From the NCBI GenBank assembly GCA_047946875.1, contig CP181398.1:841041-905040 (forward strand): a stretch of 64,000 nucleotides of DNA, in the 5' to 3' direction. The number at the start of each line of letters is the position of its first letter. Position 1 is the first letter of the stretch. Position numbers and translations under genes: made by a program. The notes under the pieces were generated by a model that saw only the letters and a program-made list of their open reading frames with translations, had not been told where the DNA came from and searched no databases. The DNA comes from Candidatus Kerfeldbacteria bacterium. Its GTDB lineage: Bacteria > Patescibacteriota > Patescibacteriia > UBA10025 > JAHIVO01. Below, piece by piece: positions 58,070 to 64,000 of this stretch.

Positions 58070-60906
58070 TCAATCATTCCTGATAAAAATCTACCAGTAT
58101 AACTTCTTTTTACTTTAGCTACCTGACGAGGAGTACCAGCAACTACTACTTCACCACCTTTATTACCACCTCCTGGGCCTAAGTCAACTATCCAGTCAGC
58201 AGATTTTATCACATCTAGATTATGTTCAATCACCAAGACAGTATTACCTTTATCTACTAGCTTATTCAAGACACTTAATAAACGCCTAACATCATCAAAA
58301 TGTAAACCAGTAGTCGGCTCATCTAAAATATACAAAGTCTTACCAGTTGCCCGCCTAGACAGCTCAGTAGCTAATTTTATACGTTGTGCCTCACCGCCTG
58401 ATAACGTTGTAGCAGACTGACCCAAATGTATGTAGCCAAGACCTACTTCATACAAAGTCTTTAACTTATTATGAATAGCAGGTAAATGTCGGAAAAAATT
58501 CATTGATTCTTCTACGGTCATACCTAATATATCAGCAATATTGTTTCCTTTGTAATGAATTTCTAATGCCGGTTGATTGTATCTCTTACCTTTACACTCT
58601 TCGCAGTCTACATAGACATCAGGTAAAAATTGCATCTCTATTTTTACTAAACCATCACCCTGACAAGCTTCACAACGACCGCCAACAACATTAAAACTAA
58701 ATCTACCAGGACTATAGCCTCGAATCTTAGCTTCCGGGACTTGGGAAAATAAATCTCTAATGTAGGTAAATACTCCAGTATAAGTTGCCGGATTAGATCG
58801 TGGAGTACGTCCAATTGGAGATTGATCGATATTAATAACTTTATCCAAATTCTCTATACCTTTAATTTCTTTATGTTTACCGGGCGTGTCCTTGGCACGA
58901 TAAAATTTCTGAACCAAAGCTTTGGCCAAAATCTCGGTCATTAGAGTAGACTTACCAGAACCCGAAACACCCGTAATGCAAACTAATTTTCCTAGAGGAA
59001 TATTTACATCAATATCTTTTAAGTTAAATTCACTAGCACCAATAATTGATATTTCTTTACCATTACCTTCCCGATACTTCTCAGGAGTAGGGATGGTCAA
59101 TTTGCCAGATAAATATTTACCGGTCATTGACTGTTTATTATTCATAACCTCTTTAGGTGTACCAGCTGCTACAATCCTACCTCCATGTTCTCCAGCACCA
59201 GGACCAACATCTATTACATAGTCAGATGCCATAATAGTCCCCTCATCATGCTCAACTACTATTACAGTATTACCAAGCTCTTTCAAAGATAATAAAGTAG
59301 TAATCAACTTTTCGTTATCACGTTGATGTAGTCCAATAGAAGGCTCGTCTAATATGTATACAACACCAACTAACGATGATCCAATCTGAGTTGCTAATCT
59401 GATACGTTGTGCCTCTCCACCAGCCAAGGTAGATGCAGCCCTATCTAATGTTAAATAATCCAACCCGACATTACTAAGAAATGTAAGTCTGGCAATTATT
59501 TCTTTAAGTATTTGTTTTGCAATAATTTTTTCTCTTGCAGTTTTCAATGGCAATTTCTTGAAAAATTTTCTACTATCTTCAACTGTCATGTCAGTGATCT
59601 CAGAAATAGATTTCTCATTCATGGTCACGGCTAGAATTTCAGGTTTTAAACGCTTTCCCTTACAACTTGGACAAGGCAAGACTCTCATATATCTTTCAAT
59701 TTCTGTTCGGACATAATCTGATTGAGTTTCTTTGTATCGTCTCATCAAATTTGGCACTACTCCTTCAAAATTTCTAGTAAATTCTCCATCAAATCTGTCA
59801 CTAGCATAATCCATAGTGTATTGTTTATCTCCAGTGCCATATAATATTATATCTAATTGTTTTTTGGTTAATTTCTCAGCAGGAACATCCAAAGAAAATT
59901 TATTATCTTTAGCTACATTCTCTAGAAATTTAAGATACCAAGATTGATTAGCTGAAGTTCTGGACCAAGGACGAATAGCTCCTTCAGCAATACTTAATCT
60001 CGGATTTGGAATAATCAATTTAGGTTCTATCTCCAATCTAGTACCTAAACCCGTACAATCAGAACAAGCACCATGAGGACTATTAAAAGAAAAATTTCTT
60101 GGTTCTATCGGCGGCAAATTAATATTACAATCTGGACAAGAAAAATGTTGAGAGAATAATATATCTTTTTTTTCTTCTGATTTATTAATAATTACCAATC
60201 CATCACCCAAATCCAAAGAAGCTTCCAATGATTCTAATAACCGATCCTTATCTAGACTATGATTATTGGTCAACCTATCTATAACAACCTCAATATTATG
60301 TTTTTTCTTTTTATCTATTTGTAAATCTTCCGCTTCTTCTACAGAATATATACTATTATCAATTCGAACTCTTACATATCCAGCTTTTCTAACTTCAGTA
60401 ATTGTATTTTTGTGCTCCCCTTTTTGATCTCGAATTACTGGGGCTAAAATAATAAATTGAGTGCCAGTAGAAAATTTTTGTATTTGATCTGAAATTTGTT
60501 CAATAGTTTGTTTAGTTATTAGTTGTCCACATTCTGGACAATGTGGAATACCCAATCTAGCATATAGTAAACGCATATAATCATAAACCTCTGTAACAGT
60601 ACCTACCGTTGATCGTGGATTATGAGAAGTCGATTTCTGATCAATAGAGATCGCTGGTGACAGCCCCTCTATCAGATCTACATCAGGTTTATCCATCAAC
60701 CCTAAAAACTGTCTAGCGTAAGCTGAGAGTGATTCTACGTACCTACGTTGACCTTCAGCGTAAATTGTATCAAAAGCTAGTGATGATTTTCCTGACCCAG
60801 AGATGCCAGTTATCACCACCAATTTATCACGTGGAATGTCTACATTAACATTTTTTAAATTATGAACTCGAGCTCCCCTGATAGTGATTTTTTGTTCTTT
60901 GCTCAT
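58060..60906 (-). CDS. uvrA: Excinuclease ABC subunit A
   Basis: Two ABC ATPase modules ([18 protein letters not shown]) and zinc-finger Cys clusters. Start taken at [20 protein letters not shown] (60906) rather than the ORF-track 60987. Confidence 0.9.
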   Translation of the reverse strand: MSKEQKITIRGARVHNLKNVNVDIPRDKLVVITGISGSGKSSLAFDTIYAEGQRRYVESLSAYARQFLGLMDKPDVDLIEGLSPAISIDQKSTSHNPRSTVGTVTEVYDYMRLLYARLGIPHCPECGQLITKQTIEQISDQIQKFSTGTQFIILAPVIRDQKGEHKNTITEVRKAGYVRVRIDNSIYSVEEAEDLQIDKKKKHNIEVVIDRLTNNHSLDKDRLLESLEASLDLGDGLVIINKSEEKKDILFSQHFSCPDCNINLPPIEPRNFSFNSPHGACSDCTGLGTRLEIEPKLIIPNPRLSIAEGAIRPWSRTSANQSWYLKFLENVAKDNKFSLDVPAEKLTKKQLDIILYGTGDKQYTMDYASDRFDGEFTRNFEGVVPNLMRRYKETQSDYVRTEIERYMRVLPCPSCKGKRLKPEILAVTMNEKSISEITDMTVEDSRKFFKKLPLKTAREKIIAKQILKEIIARLTFLSNVGLDYLTLDRAASTLAGGEAQRIRLATQIGSSLVGVVYILDEPSIGLHQRDNEKLITTLLSLKELGNTVIVVEHDEGTIMASDYVIDVGPGAGEHGGRIVAAGTPKEVMNNKQSMTGKYLSGKLTIPTPEKYREGNGKEISIIGASEFNLKDIDVNIPLGKLVCITGVSGSGKSTLMTEILAKALVQKFYRAKDTPGKHKEIKGIENLDKVINIDQSPIGRTPRSNPATYTGVFTYIRDLFSQVPEAKIRGYSPGRFSFNVVGGRCEACQGDGLVKIEMQFLPDVYVDCEECKGKRYNQPALEIHYKGNNIADILGMTVEESMNFFRHLPAIHNKLKTLYEVGLGYIHLGQSATTLSGGEAQRIKLATELSRRATGKTLYILDEPTTGLHFDDVRRLLSVLNKLVDKGNTVLVIEHNLDVIKSADWIVDLGPGGGNKGGEVVVAGTPRQVAKVKRSYTGRFLSGMIDKK

Positions 60907-61001
60907 ACAAATTAGCTCATTATTATGATTAAAATATACGAAAATTATTGTACACCCATTCCTGGCAAAGGTCAAGTCCTGAAGCATGATATACTAATAA
61001 T

Positions 61002-62765
61002 ATGAAAATAATTAAGCCAAAATCGATACAAAATATACCCCTTAAGCCAGGTGTTTATATATATAAAGACGGTAAGAAGAATATTCTTTATATTGGCAAA
61101 GCAAAAAAACTTAAAAATCGAGTAAGTTCATATTTTCATAATCAGGCGAGCTTAACACCAGATAAGGAAATAATGGTATCTAAGATAAAAAAAATAGAAT
61201 ACTTCATCACCTCTTCCGAAACTGAAGCATTATTATTAGAAACTAGCTTGATCAAAAAAAATCAACCTCCATATAATATCGATTTAAAAGATGATAAATA
61301 TTTTTTGTATATTAAAATCACAACTAGTGAAGATTACCCAAGAGTATTTACTGTTAGACGTATAGAGAAAGATAAGGAAAAATACTTTGGTCCATTTACA
61401 TCTGCCTTGTCGGTAAGAGAAACATTACGATTATTAAGAAAATTATTTCCCCATCGTAATTTCACCAAACCAAAATCACAACATCAATTAAAATTTCTAC
61501 TAAAACGATATGCTGAACTATTGGGGCCCCTTGATAAAAAAGAATATCAGCAATCAATAAATAAAATTATACAATTTCTAAAAGGAGATTATAGTCAAAT
61601 ATTAAAAGATCTTAAAACAAAAATGGAAGTATCGGCAAAAAATAAAAAGTTTGAAAAAGCGGCTGGCCTTAGAGATAAAATATATGCAATACAAAAAATA
61701 TCAGAAAAACAAAAAGTTGTCTCAATAAAACTCGTAAACGAAGATATTATCAGTATTTCTCATGAATCTACTATTAGTTCTATTAACTTATTCAATATCC
61801 GACAAGGAAAACTAATAAATAAGGAAAATTTCATTCTGGAGAATACTCATGGTCAAAATGAAAAAGATATATTACAAGCATTCATCGAACAATACTATTC
61901 ATCATCTCCAACCAAACCAAATAATATCATTGTTCCAATCCAGCCTGCAAATAAATCAATCATTGAAAAAACTTTTTCTTTTAAGGTGATTGTCCCTCAA
62001 AAAGGAGTTAAAAAACAATATATAAAACTGGGAGAGGAAAATGCTAAAAATTATTTGGAACAACAAAAAGCAACTTGGCAAAGAGAAGATGAAATATCAA
62101 AAGAATCACTCTCGGAAATTAAAAAATTGCTAAAACTAAAAAATAATCCAAAAAGAATTGAGATATATGACATATCTAACATTCAAGGAATAAGTGCAGT
62201 TGGCTCCATGGTTGTTTTTACTAATGGACAACCTGATAAAAAATGGTATAGAAAATTTAAAATTAAAACCATTGACCAGGCAAATGATCCAGCTATGATG
62301 GCAGAAGTTTTATCAAGACGATTCCAACATATTGATAAAAAAAATAAAACTTGGCCAAAACCAGATCTAATAATACTAGATGGTGGCAAAGGTCAACTCA
62401 ATACAGTTAACAAAGCTATAGAAATCAATATACCAATCATTGCTCTAGCAAAAAAGAATGAAGATATTTATCAATTAAATAAAAAAAATCCAGTAAATCT
62501 GACATATAATTCCCCTGCCTTTTTTCTTATTCAACGTATGCGTGATGAGGCGCACCGTTTTGCAATTACTTTTTTTAGAAAATCTCATCAAAAATCATCA
62601 TTCACTTCTCAACTAGATGGAATCCCTGGTATTGGTCCAAATACAAAGAAAAAATTAATTAAACATTTTGGTTCGTCACAAAATGTACTAAATGCTACCC
62701 AAGTAAAAATAAGTAAAATAATTGGTGAAAAAAAAGCTACTAATATTAAATCCTATGGTTCATAA
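61002..62765 (+). CDS. uvrC: Excinuclease ABC subunit C
   Basis: N-terminal GIY-YIG (GVYIYKDGKKNILYIGKAKKLKNRVSSYF), UvrBC domain, C-terminal RNase H-like and HhH domains. Confidence 0.9.
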   Translation: MKIIKPKSIQNIPLKPGVYIYKDGKKNILYIGKAKKLKNRVSSYFHNQASLTPDKEIMVSKIKKIEYFITSSETEALLLETSLIKKNQPPYNIDLKDDKYFLYIKITTSEDYPRVFTVRRIEKDKEKYFGPFTSALSVRETLRLLRKLFPHRNFTKPKSQHQLKFLLKRYAELLGPLDKKEYQQSINKIIQFLKGDYSQILKDLKTKMEVSAKNKKFEKAAGLRDKIYAIQKISEKQKVVSIKLVNEDIISISHESTISSINLFNIRQGKLINKENFILENTHGQNEKDILQAFIEQYYSSSPTKPNNIIVPIQPANKSIIEKTFSFKVIVPQKGVKKQYIKLGEENAKNYLEQQKATWQREDEISKESLSEIKKLLKLKNNPKRIEIYDISNIQGISAVGSMVVFTNGQPDKKWYRKFKIKTIDQANDPAMMAEVLSRRFQHIDKKNKTWPKPDLIILDGGKGQLNTVNKAIEINIPIIALAKKNEDIYQLNKKNPVNLTYNSPAFFLIQRMRDEAHRFAITFFRKSHQKSSFTSQLDGIPGIGPNTKKKLIKHFGSSQNVLNATQVKISKIIGEKKATNIKSYGS

Positions 62766-62990
62766 AAACGCCGAGCAAATACAGTCTGATTTAGAAAATA
62801 AATTAGCAAAGCGCAGAAAAAAGAAAAAACCTTCAATGAAAGTTTCAGGAAGACAAGTTAAAAATCTACAAAAGATAATAATAAGTAAAGGAAAATGACT
62901 ACCACCAGTCTATCTTGACATATCGTGGATGTTTTGATATATTACAATCTGACTATTAAATAGTCATTTTTTAATATCTATACAAATATA

Positions 62991-63212
62991 ATGGAAAACA
63001 CATTAAATATTATCCAAATAGTACTAGCCGTAGCCTTAATTGTAGTCATTTTATTACAAAATAAAGGTACTGGTCTAGGATCTATCATGGGTGGCGAAGG
63101 CAATGTTTATCGTACAAAACGTGGTTTTGAAAAAACTTTGTTCTATTCTACGATCGCCCTTAGTCTTGCTTTTTTCGGAATCGCTATAGCAAATATTCTG
63201 ATTCGCCAGTAA
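62991..63212 (+). CDS. secG: Preprotein translocase subunit SecG
   Basis: 73 aa, two TM helices, LLQNKGTGLGSIMGG signature. Confidence 0.7.
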   Translation: MENTLNIIQIVLAVALIVVILLQNKGTGLGSIMGGEGNVYRTKRGFEKTLFYSTIALSLAFFGIAIANILIRQ

Positions 63213-63336
63213 ATAAAATATTTATTTAACTACAAATACCTTGAAACGGATTTTTAATAAAATTTTAGAACTAATACAAAAACTATTCCAAAGATGGACT
63301 AAGGTTAAACCAAAATCCATCAAACTGCCTACAGCT

Positions 63337-64000
63337 ATGGCAGAACAGATTGACTTGGATAAAAAGTTAGTTTTTTCTTTAGCTAAAAAAAGATTTCCAA
63401 ATTGGAAACAGGTTCAATATCTACCTAAATATCTATCACCAAAAGAAAGGATTATTGTCCGAATTCTACTAGCAATAATTATAATTAGTCTTGGATTATT
63501 AGTAATTAGATTTTACCAAAGGCATATTATATATCTTCCCAAAGAAGGTGGTAATTATGTCGAGGCTTTAGTCGGCCAACCATCATATATTAATCCCGTC
63601 TTAGCCCAAAGTGATATTGATCGAGACATCAGCAAATTAATATACTCTGGACTTTTTAAATATAATGATGACTTAGATATTATTCCTGACCTTGCTGAAA
63701 GCTACGAAATTTCTGAAGATAAAAAAACATACACAATACACCTTAGATCCGGCATTCTCTGGCATAATGGAAATGAATTACTGGCCGATGATATTATTTA
63801 TACGTTTGGGATTATTCAAGATTCAGAATTCAATAGTCCAATTGCTACAAGTTTTTCTGGTGTAACAATCGAAAGAATTGATGATCATACAGTAACATTT
63901 TCTTTACCAAATCCTTTTGCTCCATTTTTATCCAATTTAACAGTAGGTATACTACCTGGACATATCTGGTACGATGTAGGTCCTAGTAATTTTAGATTAG
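63337..64000 (+). CDS. ABC transporter substrate-binding protein, family 5 (OppA/DppA-like), N-terminal part (runs off window end)
   Basis: MAEQIDLDKK... TM anchor, then YVEALVGQPSYINPVLAQSDIDRDISKLIYSGLFKYNDDLDIIPDLAESYEISEDKKTYTIHLRSGILWHNG, typical of SBP_bac_5 proteins. Confidence 0.55.
   Translation, partial: MAEQIDLDKKLVFSLAKKRFPNWKQVQYLPKYLSPKERIIVRILLAIIIISLGLLVIRFYQRHIIYLPKEGGNYVEALVGQPSYINPVLAQSDIDRDISKLIYSGLFKYNDDLDIIPDLAESYEISEDKKTYTIHLRSGILWHNGNELLADDIIYTFGIIQDSEFNSPIATSFSGVTIERIDDHTVTFSLPNPFAPFLSNLTVGILPGHIWYDVGPSNFRL

Overview
This 64-kb window is AT-rich (roughly 30% GC by eye) and gene-dense, with most genes on the minus strand. The gene content suggests a small-genome Patescibacteria/CPR-like bacterium (inference). 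Supporting points are an archaeal-type AMP phosphorylase, a DUF4430 B12-binding protein, a giant acidic surface protein, many DsbA paralogs and a minimal set of housekeeping genes. Main blocks from left to right:
(1) 1-15.1 kb: an envelope-redox, copper and oxidative-stress island. It holds three DsbA paralogs, a CxxC membrane protein, a Cys/His-rich protein, DUF411, CopA, CopZ, an HMA-CcdA fusion, ferredoxin, ferritin, Fe/Mn-SOD, SufU-SufS-SufD-SufB-SufC, and a Fur-family regulator with an unusual Cys-rich tail and a Fur-box-like site.
(2) 15-24 kb: a NUDIX hydrolase, a lone phytoene/squalene-synthase-family gene, a cobalamin riboswitch driving a DUF4430 B12-binding protein, AMP phosphorylase, CorA, a DUF1858 protein, a ZIP transporter preceded by a GC-rich structured leader, a YibE/F protein, and a CarH/LitR-like MerR + B12-binding regulator.
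(3) 24-32 kb: an ABC exporter, a secreted phosphodiester-glycosidase/FG-GAP protein, TrmH, and an operon DUF5320-DUF134-ZIP-AhpD-like-Trx/CcdA.
(4) 32.7-37.8 kb: a plus-strand operon of two small coiled-coil proteins plus a 1527-aa acidic repeat protein with TM segments and a LysM-like motif.
(5) 38-43 kb: a YgjP-like hydrolase, a NUDIX hydrolase, a tRNA-Asn(GUU) interrupted by a group I intron and flanked by an inverted repeat, an adjacent free-standing HNH endonuclease, rpoD, dnaG and tRNA-Ser(GGA).
(6) 43.2-47.4 kb: a GC-elevated island next to tRNA-Ser. It contains a GIY-YIG cassette flanked by 37-bp direct repeats of the tRNA 5' half, two tandem ~450-bp near-identical modules with a localized hypervariable patch, a Lys-rich small ORF, and a 779-aa Upf1-like SF1B helicase with an unknown N-terminal domain. 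This is the strongest candidate for a previously undescribed system.
(7) 47.5-64 kb: ppsA, DUF4870 and membrane proteins, groES-groEL with a perfect CIRCE, a GC-rich structured element, an O-antigen-ligase-like gene, a frameshifted Rieske gene, a presenilin-like membrane protein, an esterase, csrA, uvrA, uvrC, secG and a partial OppA-like binding protein.
No CRISPR array and no rRNA were seen. All calls come from reading the sequence and ORF translations; no database search was possible.
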